Assembly (NCBI GenBank): GCA_040285825.1
Contig: JAUPSS010000007.1
Coordinates: 1,528,624 to 1,592,623, forward strand
Origin: Eukaryota sp. TZLM1-RC
Lineage: Eukaryota; Protista; Metamonada: BaSk clade
Length of the DNA stretch: 64,000 bases
Direction: 5' to 3'
Of the stretch, positions 25,201 to 40,300 are shown one piece after another. Every line of letters starts with the position of its first letter. The first letter of the stretch is position 1. The notes below the pieces were generated by a model. It searched no databases. It worked only from the letters and a program-made list of their open reading frames with translations, and was not told the origin of the DNA. Both the position numbers and the translations under genes were made by a program.

Positions 25201-28200
25201 GTAATCATGAGTTTGTACTGATCAAGTAACACATAGCCAACATTACTCACACACAATTTCACATAAAGTTTGATCACAAGTTGATCACATCTAGTACATA
25301 AGGACTACATGCAACTCATCTAATCATACCAATGACCATTCAACCAATCAAACCAATGACTACTCAAATGACCATAGCAAGGACTTTAACACCACAATTG
25401 TTATATTAATTGTCCCAAAATGGACTTTAAAGATTTGACCAATGATTGTAATAAACAACCATTGGTCAATATACGAAACTAGGAACTTCATATGAGCCTC
25501 AGTAAATCGTATCAAAAACGATACTCTTACACTTACAGCAATTGTTTTATTAGTTTACAACATTCAATTGTATACTTTTTGATTTTTTTTACTTTTTTTT
25601 ACAAATTAATGTTTAAAAATTAATACACTCAATTAATTCAAATATATACAAAATCAATTGAAAATGTAATCATGAGTTTGTACTGATCAAGTAACACATA
25701 GCCAACATTACTCACACACAATTTCACACAAAGTTTGATCACAAGTTGATCACATCTAGTACATAAGGACTACATGCAACTCATCTAATCATACCAATGA
25801 CCATTCAACCAATCAAACCAATGACTACTCAAATGACCATGGCAAGGACTTTAACACCACAATTGTTATATTGATTGTCCCAAAATGGCTTTAAAGATTT
25901 GACCAATGATTGTAATAAACAACCATTGGTCAATATACGAAACTAGGAACTTCATATGAGCCTCAGTAAATCGTATCAAAACGATACTCTTACACTTACA
26001 GCAATTGTTTTATTAGTTTACAACATTCAATTGTATACTTTTGATTTTTTACTTTTTTACAGTTTAATGTTTAAAAATTAATACACTCAATTATTTCAAA
26101 TATATACAAAATCATTTGAAAATGTAATCATGAGTTTGTACTGATCAAGTAACACATAGCCAACATTACTCACACACAATTTCACACAAAGTTTGATCAC
26201 AAGTTGATCACATCTAGTACATAAGGACTACATGCAACTCATCTAATCATACTAATGACCATTCAACCAATCAAACCAATGACTACTCAAATGACCATAG
26301 CAAGGACTTTAACACCACAATTGTTATATTAATTGTCCCAAAATGGACTTTAAAGATTTGACCAATGATTGTAATAAACAACCATTGGTCAATATACGAA
26401 ACTAGGAACTTCATATGAGCCTCAGTAAATCGTATCAAAAACGATACTCTTACACTTACAGCAATTGTTTTATTAGTTTACAACATTCAATTGTATACTT
26501 TTTGATTTTTTTACTTTTTTTACAAATTAATGTTTAAAAATTAATACACTCAATTAATTCAAATATATACAAAATCATTTGAAAATGTAATCATGAGTTT
26601 GTACTGATCAAGTAACACATAGCCAACATTACTCACACACAATTTCACATAAAGTTTGATCACAAGTTGATCACATCTAGTACATATGGACTACATGCAA
26701 CTCATCTAATCATACCAATGACCATTCAACCAATCAAACCAATGACTACTCAAATGACCATAGCAAGGACTTTAACACCACAATTGTTATATTAATTGTC
26801 CCAAAATGGACTTTAAAGATTTGACCAATGATTGTAATAAACAACCATTGGTCAATATACGAAACTAGGAACTTCATATGAGCCTCAGTAAATCGTATCA
26901 AAACGATACTCTTACACTTACAGCAATTGTTTTATTAGTTTACAACATTCAATTGTATACTTTTTGATTTTTTACTTTTTTACAAATTAATGTTTAAAAA
27001 TTAATACACTCAATTAATTCAAATATATACAAAATCAATTGAAAATGTAATCATGAGTTTGTACTGATCAAGTAACACATAGCCAACATTACTCACACAC
27101 AATTTCACACAAAGTTTGATCACAAGTTGATCACATCTAGTACATAAGGACTACATGCAACTCATCTAATCATACCAATGACCATTCAACCAATCAAACC
27201 AATGACTACTCAAATGACCATGGCAAGGACTTTAACACCACAATTGTTATATTGATTGTCCCAAAATGGCTTTAAAGATTTGACCAATGATTGTAATAAA
27301 CAACCATTGGTCAATATACGAAAACTAGGAACTTCATATGAGCCTCAGTAAATCGTATCAAAACGATACTCTTACACTTACAGCAATTGTTTTATTAGTT
27401 TACAACATTCAATTGTATACTTTTTGATTTTTTTACTTTTTTTACAGTTTAATGTTTAAAAATTAATACACTCAATTATTTCAAATATATACAAAATCAT
27501 TTGAAAATGTAATCATGAGTTTGTACTGATCAAGTAACACATAGCCAACATTACTCACACACAATTTCACACAAAGTTTGATCACAAGTTGATCACATCT
27601 AGTACATAAGGACTACATGCAACTCATCTAATCATACTAATGACCATTCAACCAATCAAACCAATGACTACTCAAATGACCATAGCAAGGACTTTAACAC
27701 CACAATTGTTATATTAATTGTCCCAAAATGGACTTTAAAGATTTGACCAATGATTGTAATAAACAACCATTGGTCAATATACGAAACTAGGAACTTCATA
27801 TGAGCCTCAGTAAATCGTATCAAAACGATACTCTTACACTTACAGCAATTGTTTTATTAGTTTACAACATTCAATTGTATACTTTTTGATTTTTTACTGT
27901 TTTTACAAATTAATGTTTAAAAATTAATACACTCAATTAATTCAAATATATACAAAATCATTTGAAAATGTAATCATGAGTTTGTACTGATCAAGTAACA
28001 CATAGCCAACATTACTCACACACAATTTCACACAAAGTTTGATCACAAGTTGATCACATCTAGTACATAAGGACTACATGCAACTCATCTAATCATACCA
28101 ATGACCATTCAACCAATCAAACCAATGACTACTCAAATGACCATAGCAAGGACTTTAACACCACAATTGTTATATTAATTGTCCCAAAATGGACTTTAAA

Positions 28201-30219
28201 GATTTGACCAATGATTGTAATAAACAACCATTGGTCAATATACGAAACTAGGAACTTCATATGAGCCTCAGTAAATCGTATCAAAAACGATACTCTTACA
28301 CTTACAGCAATTGTTTTATTAGTTTACAACATTCAATTGTATACTTTTGATTTTTTACTTTTTACAATTTAATGTTTAAAAATTAATACACTCAATTAAT
28401 TCAAATATATACAAAATCATTTGAAAATGTAATCATGAGTTTGTACTGATCAAGTAACACATAGCCAACATTACTCACACACAATTTCACACAAAGTTTG
28501 ATCACAAGTTGATCACATCTAGTACATAAGGACTACATGCAACTCATCTAATCATACTAATGACCATTCAACCAATCAAACCAATGACTACTCAAATGAC
28601 CATAGCAAGGACTTTAACACCACAATTGTTATATTAATTGTCCCAAAATGGACTTTAAAGATTTGACCAATGATTGTAATAAACAACCATTGGTCAATAT
28701 ACGAAACTAGAACTTCATATGAGCCTCAGTAAATCGTATCAAAAACGATACTCTTACACTTACAGCAATTGTTTTATTAGTTTACAACATTCAATTGTAT
28801 ACTTTTTGATTTTTTTACTTTTTTTACCAATTAATGTTTAAAAATTTATACACTCAATTAATTCAAATATATACAAAATCATTTGAAAATGTAATCATGA
28901 GTTTGTACTGATCAAGTAACACATAGCCAACATTACTCACACACAATTTCACACAAAGTTTGATCACAAGTTGATCACATCTAGTACATAAGGACTACAT
29001 GCAACTCATCTAATCATACCAATGACCATTCAACCAATCAAACCAATGACTACTCAAATGACCATAGCAAGGACTTTAACACCACAATTGTTATATTAAT
29101 TGTCCCAAAATGGACTTTAAAGATTTGACCAATGATTGTAATAAACAACCATTGGTCAATATACGAAACTAGGAACTTCATATGAGCCTCAGTAAATCGT
29201 ATCAAAAACGATACTCTTACACTTACAGCAATTGTTTTATTAGTTTACAACATTCAATTGTATACTTTTTGATTTTTTTACTTTTTTTACAATTTAATGT
29301 TTAAAAATTAATACACTCAATTAATTCAAATATATACAAAATCAATTGAAAATGTAATCATGAGTTTGTACTGATCAAGTAAAACATAGCCAACATTACT
29401 CACACACAATTTCACACAAAGTTTGATCACAAGTTGATCACATCTAGTGCATAAGGACTACATGCAACTCACCTAATCATACCAATGACCATTCAACCAA
29501 TCATACCAATGACTACTCAAATGACCATAGCACGGACTTTAACACCACAATTGTTATAATAATTGTCCCAAAATGCACTTTAAAGATTTGACCAATGATT
29601 GTAATAAACAACCATTGGTCAATATACGAAACTAGGAACTTCATATGAGCCTCAGTAAATCGTATCAAAAACGATACTCTTACACTTACAGCAATGGTTT
29701 TATTAGTTTGCAACATTCAATTGTATACTTTTTGATTTTTTACTATTTTTACAATTTAATGTTCAAAAATTAATAACTCAATTAATTCAAATATATACAA
29801 AATCAATTGAAAATGTAATCATGAGTTTGTACTGATCAAGTAAAACATAGCCAACATTACTCACACACAATTTCACACAAAGTTTGATCACAAGTTGATC
29901 ACATCTAGTACATAAAGACTACATGCAACTCACCTCATCACCAATGACCATTCAACCAATCAAACCAATGACTACTCAAATGACCATAGCAAGGACTTTA
30001 ACACCACAATTGTTATATTAATTGTCCCAAAATGGACTTTAAAGATTTGACCAACGATTGTAATAAACAACCATTGGTCAATATACGAAACTAGGAACTT
30101 CATATGAGCCTCAGTAAATCGTATCAAAAACGATACTCTTACACTTACAGCAATGGTTTGATTAGTTTGCAGCATTCAATTGTATACTTTTTGATTTTTT
30201 ACTATTTTTACAATTTAAT

Positions 30220-32116
30220 ATTTTTATTTATTTTATGGAAAAAAATCAGACTTTATTTTTGACTCCTTTACCCTTGAATCTTCTTCTGGTGTGAAACAAG
30301 GTGATCCTCTTGGCCCTTGGCTGTTTTGTTTGGCTATTCATAATATTATTAAAATGACACAGCAAGATTTCCCTGATTTGCGTATTGTTGCCTATATGGA
30401 TGACATTTCTATTATTGGTTCTTTTGAAAGCATTTCTAGGGTTTCTGAAGACATTGCGGCGAAATACAAAGAAATTGGTTTAGCTTTGAACCCATCTAAA
30501 TTTCTCTTGATTGGTAGAGAAAAACAATATTTGATGATTGGTGGAGCTCAGATTCCTTTTATCAATTATGACCAACAAGCTTTTAAGTTTCTTGGATGTT
30601 GGCTTGGCAATTTGGATGAAATTTATTCCCAGTTAAACAATTTATTGGAGAAGTTTGACAAGGATCTTAGTTTTATTGCTGAATGTGACATTGAGAAACA
30701 CATCAAATTTTTTTATTTTAAAAATTTGTTATTCTGGAAAATTCACTCATATTTTAAGGTCAACTCCCCTTCGGTATCTCTCAATTTTTGCAGATCTTTT
30801 AACAAACTTCGAGTCAAATTTTTTTTTCTTTATTAGAAGTAAATGAATCTTTAATTCGAAGTCATGTATTTTGTTCAGCAGATTTGGGTGGAATTGGATT
30901 CACCAAATCTTCGATTCTGTGTAAAGCAGCATTTTTGGGAGGTGGTAAAAATTTTGTTTTTGAATTATTCCAAAGGTTCCCTTTTGATGTTCATCTCATC
31001 AATGGTGAATCAAATTTTACTTGAATCAACTGCAATTTGAATTAGAAAATTTGCCTAGTGATATCTGGATTCAGTGTTTTCCTCAAAATGTTCAAGAAAT
31101 TCCCACTCGATCACTTCCAAATTTACGTTTTTGCTTGAAAAAGCTTCAGCACCATCTGGTTAAATTATATGAAGGCTTGGATTATGAAGTAAGACTTGGC
31201 TTGGCCAAAACTAAAAATCCCGCTTTCGGTAATTTTTTTAAAGGATATTCGTGATAGTTCAGCTGCTGCTTTAGTAACTCAAGTGCCCTCTGTTTATGGA
31301 CTTTTGTTAAAAGACAATGAATGGCTTCTAAACATGCGTTTTCGTTGTTTTCTGTGGCCAAACAATTTGCCCAATCATTTAACTTGTAAATGTGGTAAAC
31401 CTCTTTTGTTTACTCATCTTTTTGAACTGTAAACATTTCATTACGTTTAGAAGCAAAGTGCATAATAACGTCAGGGACCAAATTTATGTAATGTGCAAAT
31501 CATATCGTGTAGATTCCTTTTTAGAACCGCTGTTATCAAAATTAATTCTTGATGATCCCAATATTGATAGTACGCGTTACAACAGAGCTTCTATGGGTCT
31601 GACTAGAGGTGATCTAGTTGTTCCTGGTTTAAATGGTAGTTTTACTATTTTGGACGCCATGTCTATTGACCCTTGTAATTCCTCTAACGAACATTTCAAT
31701 AACTCGGATGTAAATAATCCTCTTCTTGCAGGCGAAAAATATAAAATTGCTAAATATGCGAAACCCATTTCCTCGGTTAATGAAAATTCTCATGCCCAAT
31801 ATAATTTATGTCCATTTGTTTTTTCTTTGCTTGGATCTCTAGGTAAGGCTGCTATGGCTTTCCTTGAGGATTTTGTTGTAGTTGTAAAGGAAAGAACTGG
31901 AAGAATTTTCAATCGTGTTTACTGGCAAAACAGGATTGTATTTTCTATTTTTAAGGGAATGGTAACACTAATTTCTGATTCACTATCTTCTTTTGGGAAA
32001 TTTTCTGAATCTTTAGCGATTAATTGTTTTGATGTAGGGGAGGCAGGTTTTGAGGATGTGGAGTTTTAATTGTGTATTTCATATTTGTTGTTGAATAAAA
32101 ATAAATACTGAAAAAA
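30220..32116 (+). mobile_element. 5'-truncated CRE-like retrotransposon lineage C in array (copy 1)
   Basis: KQGDPLGP, YMDD, CKC..HLLNC, VHNNVRD, RGD..DAM; A8 tail; array resumes at aatgtttaaaa. Confidence 0.95.
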
Positions 32117-32579
32117 AATGTTTAAAAATTAATAACTCAATTAATTCAAATATATACAAAATCAATTGAAAATGTAATCATGAGTTTGTACTGATCAAGT
32201 AAAACATAGCCAACATTACTCACACACAATTTCACACAAAGTTTGATCACAAGTTGATCACATCTAGTACATAAAGACTACATGCAACTCACCTCATCAC
32301 CAATGACCATTCAACCAATCAAACCAATGACTACTCAAATGACCATAGCAAGGACTTTAACACCACAATTGTTATATTAATTGTCCCAAAATGGACTTTA
32401 AAGATTTGACCAACGATTGTAATAAACAACCATTGGTCAATATACGAAACTAGGAACTTCATATGAGCCTCAGTAAATCGTATCAAAAACGATACTCTTA
32501 CACTTACAGCAATGGTTTGATTAGTTTGCAGCATTCAATTGTATACTTTTTGATTTTTTTACTATTTTTACAATTTAAT

Positions 32580-34477
32580 ATTTTTATTTATTTTATGGAA
32601 AAAAATCAGACTTTATTTTTGACTCCTTTACCCTTGAATCTTCTTCTGGTGTGAAACAAGGTGATCCTCTTGGCCCTTGGCTGTTTTGTTTGGCTATTCA
32701 TAATATTATTAAAATGACACAGCAAGATTTCCCTGATTTGCGTATTGTTGCCTATATGGATGACATTTCTATTATTGGTTCTTTTGAAAGCATTTCTAGG
32801 GTTTCTGAAGACATTGCGGCGAAATACAAAGAAATTGGTTTAGCTTTGAACCCATCTAAATGTCTCTTGATTGGTAGAGAAAAACAATATTTGATGATTG
32901 GTGGAGCTCAGATTCCTTTTATCAATTATGACCAACAAGCTTTTAAGTTTCTTGGATGTTGGCTTGGCAATTTGGATGAAATTTATTCCCAGTTAAACAA
33001 TTTATTGGAGAAGTTTGACAAGGATCTTAGTTTTATTGCTGAATGTGACATTGAGAAACACATCAAATTTTTTTATTTTAAAAATTTGTTATTCTGGAAA
33101 ATTCACTCATATTTTAAGGTCAACTCCCCCTTCGGTATCTCTCAATTTTTGCAGATCTTTTAACAAACTTCGAGTCAAATTTTTTTTTCTTTATTAGAAG
33201 TAAATGAATCTTTAATTCGAAGTCATGTATTTTGTTCAGCAGATTTGGGTGGAATTGGATTCACCAAATCTTCGATTCTGTGTAAAGCAGCATTTTTGGG
33301 AGGTGGTAAAAATTTTGTTTTTGAATTATTCCAAAGGTTCCCTTTTGATGTTCATCTCATCAATGGTGAATCAAATTTTTACTTGAATCAACTGCAATTT
33401 GAATTAGAAAATTTGCCTAGTGATATCTGGATTCAGTGTTTTCCTCAAAATGTTCAAGAAATTCCCACTCGATCACTTCCAAATTTACGTTTTTGCTTGA
33501 AAAAGCTTCAGCACCATCTGGTTAAATTATATGAAGGCTTGGATTATGAAGTAAGACTTGGCTTGGCCAAAACTAAAAATCCCGCTTTCGGTAATTTTTT
33601 AAAGGATATTCGTGATAGTTCAGCTGCTGCTTTAGTAACTCAAGTGCCCTCTGTTTATGGACTTTTGTTAAAAGACAATGAATGGCTTCTAAACATGCGT
33701 TTTCGTTGTTTTCTGTGGCCAAACAATTTGCCCAATCATTTAACTTGTAAATGTGGTAAACCTCTTTTGTTTACTCATCTTTTGAACTGTAAACATTTCA
33801 TTACGTTTAGAAGCAAAGTGCATAATAACGTCAGGGACCAAATTTATGTAATGTGCAAATCATATCGTGTAGATTCCTTTTTAGAACCGCTGTTATCAAA
33901 ATTAATTCTTGATGATCCCAATATTGATAGTACGCGTTACAACAGAGCTTCTATGGGTCTGACTAGAGGTGATCTAGTTGTTCCTGGTTTAAATGGTAGT
34001 TTTACTATTTTGGACGCCATGTCTATTGACCCTTGTAATTCCTCTAACGAACATTTCAATAACTCGGATGTAAATAATCCTCTTCTTGCAGGCGAAAAAT
34101 ATAAAATTGCTAAATATGCGAAACCCATTTCCTCGGTTAATGAAAATTCTCATGCCCAATATAATTTATGTCCATTTGTTTTTTCTTTGCTTGGATCTCT
34201 AGGTAAGGCTGCTATGGCTTTCCTTGAGGATTTTGTTGTAGTTGTAAAGGAAAGAACTGGAAGAATTTTCAATCGTGTTTACTGGCAAAACAGGATTGTA
34301 TTTTTCTATTTTTAAGGGAATGGTAACACTAATTTCTGATTCACTATCTTCTTTTGGGAAATTTTCTGAATCTTTAGCGATTAATTGTTTTGATGTAGGG
34401 GAGGCAGGTTTTGAGGATGTGGAGTTTTAATTGTGTATTTCATATTTGTTGTTGAATAAAAATAAATACTGAAAAAA
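32580..34477 (+). mobile_element. Lineage C in array (copy 2, tandem duplicate of copy 1)
   Basis: Same 5' truncation point and junctions as copy 1; period ~2360 bp. Confidence 0.95.
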
Positions 34478-35406
34478 AATGTTTAAAAATTAATAAATTC
34501 AATTAATTCAAATATATACAAAATCAATTGAAAATGTAATCATGAGTTTGTATTATCAAGTAACACATAGCCAACATTACTCACACACAATTTCACACAA
34601 AGTTTGATCACAAGTTGATCACATCTAGTACATAAAGACTACATGCAACTCACCTCATCACCAATGACCATTCAACCAATCAAACCAATGACTACTCAAA
34701 TGACCATAGCAAGGACTTTAACACCACAATTGTTATATTAATTGTCCCAAAATGGACTTTAAAGATTTGACCAACGATTGTAATAAACAACCATTGGTCA
34801 ATATACGAAACTAGGAACTTCATATGAACCTCAGTAAATCGTATCAAAAACGATACTCTTACACTTACAGCAATGGTTTTATTAGTTTGCAACATTCAAT
34901 TGTATACTTTTTGATTTTTTTACTATTTTTACAATTTAATGTTCAAAAATTAATAACTCAATTAATTCAAATATATACAAAATCAATTGAAAATGTAATC
35001 ATGAGCTTGTACTGATCAAGTAAAACATAGCCAACATTACTCACACACAATTTCACACAAAGTTTGATCACAAGTTGATCACATCTAGTACATAAAGACT
35101 ACATGCAACTCACCTCATCACCAATGACCATTCAACCAATCAAACCAATGACTACTCAAATGACCATAGCAAGGACTTTAACACCACAATTGTTATATTA
35201 ATTGTCCCAAAATGGACTTTAAAGATTTCACCAACGATTGTAATAAACAACCATTGGTCAATATACGAAACTAGGAACTTCATATGAGCCTCAGTAAATC
35301 GTATCAAAAACGATACTCTTACACTTACAGCAATTGTTTCATTAGTTTACAACATTCAATTGTATACTTTTTGATTTTTTATTTTTTTTACAATTTAATG
35401 TTTAAA

Positions 35407-37381
35407 TATTTATTTATTTATTCTACGAAGAATCAAATAGAACAAACTAAAACACATAAGAAACTAAATTCTCCACGCCAACTCTTGATGAATCCTTATA
35501 AAGTTTAGACATCATTAAACTCAAGTACTTGGGAACACTTCTGTACAAAGCGAAAATGATACGATTTTCCATAAATTCTCTGCAAAATTCTTACCACTTG
35601 AACGACATAAATTACCAAAATCATTGATGAAATTCATGGCGGATTGTCCAATGTTGCCAAAAATCGAAAAGGCAAAAGGAACAAACGAAAACTTCGAATA
35701 AAGGTTCTTATTTAAATCATTTAATATCTCAGTATATTTATCTCTCTTACGATCTTCAGCCTTGTTTAAATGGCCATTAGTACTAAGTAAAACATCATCG
35801 CGATAAACCAAAGCAAAGGGATCAACTGTAGTGAAATCAACAACAACTTGAGAGGAATCCACAAATGGAGCAATTAAATCACCTCGACGGGAATTAAAAA
35901 GATTATCATCACTATAATGCTTCAACAAAGGTTCTACTTTGCAACTAAAATTGTAACACTTGAACATCTCATATGTCACATCACGAACGGCATTATGAAG
36001 AACTGACCTATATTGGAGAAATTTCTTACAGCTCACAATATGACGAAAATTGGCAGTAGGTTTTTTGTTACAAATACAATAAGAATTGTCCAAAAGACCA
36101 CTTGGATACATCCCTAATCTCAACCGCATGTTTTGTTTCCAAGCTTCATTTGTTAAGTGAAGACCAAATGGCCTTGGTTGCTGAGATATTAAACTAGTAC
36201 AGTTCTGAATGTCTGCTAAAAAGGCAGCAAAGACGGGATTATTAATCTTAATCACACTAAGTCGTTTAGAAAAATCCAGGTCTTCAAAACCAATAAGAAC
36301 AGACTTCTGTAATTTCACAACAGCAAGATGAAGGTTGGTGAAAGATCTCGAAGGCACAGCAGGTAAACTTGAAGGAAAACTCCTATTCCAAATATCAACA
36401 GGTAGTTCTTGCACCATTTTTTTCAAGAGAAATTAATAAAGGATGTGATTCATTTAAAGGAATATGATCAAAAACGAAGTTTCCATTCAAAAAGAAAATT
36501 TTTCATACCACCAATAAAAGCACTTTTGCATAAATACTCTGCTTTTGAAAAACCAACTCCACCAAATTTAGGACTAAAAAAATGCATGATAAGGAATTTT
36601 TGATGGACAAACTTCTACTAAATTTCCCAAGAAATTTGTTCTCAAAGTATTGAATTGACGTGCAAAATCATGAGAAATTGTGGGAGATAAAGAACGAAGA
36701 AGGTGATTAATTTTTGATCCAAAACACACATTTAGGACCGAAAACGCTAAATGTTTGTCAATTTCTAGATCTTCAATAGCCAAAAGTTGCTCTTCGATTT
36801 TTTTCCAAAATACCTGACAAAATCGATTTAACTTTTTCACTATTTCCAAAATAAGATCCAAGAAACCGAATAGCATCTTCCTCGTACTCAACGTATTTGA
36901 TAAAAGTTTCATTAAATGCCACCTCCGCATGCTGATTACCAATAATGAAACACTTGGGCAATTTAATGTCTAACCCTATTTGTTTGGCCAGAAAAACAAA
37001 ATGTTGTAAACCGTGTTGTAAAAAGAGACAAAGGGCCAATAAGTGATAAATCATCTGCATAAGCACATATATGAATGTCAGGAAAATCCGACTTAAATTT
37101 TACCAAAACTAATTGCAGTGCTAAGCAAAAGAAAAATGGACCCAATGGATCCCCTTGTTTGACCCCTCTTGACGAAACAATATTCTCAGAATGAAAAATT
37201 AAGTTAGAGGGTGATCCATACATCAATTTAAAATACGGCAAAAGTGGAGGATAGTGTAGTTCAAGTTCTTGCAAAATACTGGAGCGAAAAACGGAGTTGA
37301 AAGCATTTTTAAAATCAATGTTTAATAAATAATTTTCGCCTTTTTGATTGAAAAGTAAATCTGTACACAACGCAGCACATG
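35407..37381 (-). mobile_element. 5'-truncated lineage B in array, 13-bp TSD
   Basis: RT and RLE fragments; tttaatgtttaaa at 35394-35406 and 37382-37394; (taaa)n-like tail. Confidence 0.95.
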
Positions 37382-40300
37382 TTTAATGTTTAAAAATTAA
37401 TAAACTCAATTAATTCAAATATATACAAAATCAATTGAAAATGTAATCATGAGTTTGTATTATCAAGTAACACATGGCCAACATTACTCACACACAATTT
37501 CACACAAAGTTTGATCACAAGTTGATCACATCTAACATAAAGACTACATGCAACTCACCTCATCACCAATGACCATTCAACCAATCAAACCAATGACTAC
37601 TCAAATGACCATAGCAAGGACTTTAACACCACAATTGTTATATTAATTGTCCCAAAATGGACTTTAAAGATTTGACCAATGATTGTAATAAACAACCATT
37701 GGTCAATATACGAAACTAGAAACTTCATATGAGCCTCAGTAAATCGTATCAAAAACGATACTCTTACACTTACAGCAATGGTTTGATTAGTTTGCAACAT
37801 TCAATTGTATACTTTTTGATTTTTTACTATTTTTACAATTTAATGTTTAAAAATTAATAAATTCAATTAATTCAAATATATACAAAATCAATTGAAAATG
37901 TAATCATGAGTTTGTATTATCAAGTAACACATAGCCAACATTACTCACACACAATTTCACACAAAGTTTGATCACAAGTTGATCACATCTAGTACATAAG
38001 GACTACATGCAACTCACCTCATCACCAATGACCATTCAACCAATCAAACCAATGACTACTCAAATGACCATAGCAAGGACTTTAACACCACAATTGTTAT
38101 ATTAATTGTCCCAAAATGGACTTTAAAGATTTGACCAACGATTGTAATAAACAACCATTGGTCAATATACGAAACTAGGAACTTCATATGAGCCTCAGTA
38201 AATCGTATCAAAAACGATACTGTTACACTTACAGCAATGGTTTTATTAGTTTGCAACATTCAATTGTATACTTTTTGATTTTTTTACTATTTTTACAATT
38301 TAATGTTCAAAAATTAATAACTCAATTAATTCAAATATATACAAAATCAATTGAAAATGTAATCATGAGTTTGTACTGATCAAGTAAAACATAGCCAACA
38401 TTACTCACACACAATTTCACACAAAGTTTGATCACAAGTTAATCACATCAAGTACATAAGGACTACATGCAACTGACCTCATCACCAATAACCATTCAAC
38501 CAATCAAACCAATGACTACTCAAATGACCATAGCAAGGACTTTAACACCACAATTGTTATATTAATTGTCCCAAAATGGACTTTAAAGATTTGACCAACG
38601 ATTGTAATAAACAACCATTGGTCAATATACGAAACTAGGAACTTCATATGAGCCTCAGTAAATCGTATCAAAACGATACTGTTACACTTACAGCAATGGT
38701 TTTATTAGTTTGCAACATTCAATTGTATACTTTTGATTTTTACTATTTTTACAATTTAATGTTCAAAATTAATAACTCAATTAATTCAAATATATACAAA
38801 ATCAATTGAAAATGTAATCATGAGTTTGTACTGATCAAGTAAACATAGCCAACATTACTCACACAATTTCACACAAAGTTTGATCACAAGTTGATCACAT
38901 CAAGTACATAAGGACTACATGCAACTCACCTCATCACCAATGACCATTCAACCAATCAAACCAATGACTACTCAAATGACCATAGCAAGGACTTTAACAC
39001 CACAATTGTTATATTAATTGTCCCAAAATGGACTTTAAAGATTTGACCAACGATTGTAATAAACAACCATTGGTCAATATACGAAACTAGGAACTTCATA
39101 TGAGCCTCAGTAAATCGTATCAAAAACGATACTGTTACACTTACAGCAATGGTTTTATTAGTTTGCAACATTCAATTGTATACTTTTTGATTTTTTTACT
39201 ATTTTTACAATTTAATGTTCAAAAATTAATAACTCAATTAATTCAAATATATACAAAATCAATTGAAAATGTAATCATGAGTTTGTACTGATCAAGTAAA
39301 ACATAGCCAACATTACTCACACACAATTTCACACAAAGTTTGATCACAAGTTGATCACATCAAGTACATAAGGACTACATGCAACTCACCTCATCACCAA
39401 TGACCATTCAACCAATCAAACCAATGACTACTCAAATGACCATAGCAAGGACTTTAACACCACAATTGTTATATTAATTGTCCCAAAATGGACTTTAAAG
39501 ATTTGACCAACGATTGTAATAAACAACCATTGGTCAATATACGAAACTAGGAACTTCATATGAGCCTCAGTAAATCGTATCAAAAACGATACTGTTACAC
39601 TTACAGCAATGATTTTATTAGTTTGCAACATTCAATTGTATACTTTTTGATTTTTTTTACTATTTTTACAATTTAATGTTCAAAAATTAATAACTCAATT
39701 AATTCAAATATATACAAAATCAATTGAAAATGTAATCATGAGTTTGTACTGATCAAGTAAAACATAGCCAACATTACTCACACACAACTTCACACAAAGT
39801 TTGATCACAAGTTGATCACATTAAGTACATAAGGACTACATGCAACTCACCAAATCACACCAATGACCATTCAACCAATCAAACCAATGACTACTCAAAT
39901 GACCATAGCACGGACTTTAACACCACAATTGTTGTATTAATTGTCCCAAAATGGACTTTAAAGATTTGACCAACGATTGTAATAAACAACCATTGGTCAA
40001 TATACGAAACTAGGAACTTCATATGAGCCTCAGTAAATCGTATCAAAAACGATACTCTTACATATACAGCAATGGTGTTATTAGTTTGCAACATTCAATT
40101 GTATACTTTTTGATTTTTTACTATTTTTACAATTTAATGTTTAAAAATTAATAACTCAATTAATTCAAATATATACAAAATCAATTGAAAATGTAATCAT
40201 GAGTTTGTACTGATCAAGTAACACATAGCCAACATTACTCACACACAATTTCACACAAAGTTTGATCACAAGTTGATCACATCTAGTACATAAAGACTAC

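Noticed and set aside
30700-37100. Programmed ribosomal frameshifting in element ORFs
   Set aside because: Shifts lie in homopolymers and differ between near-identical copies; other B copies are intact.
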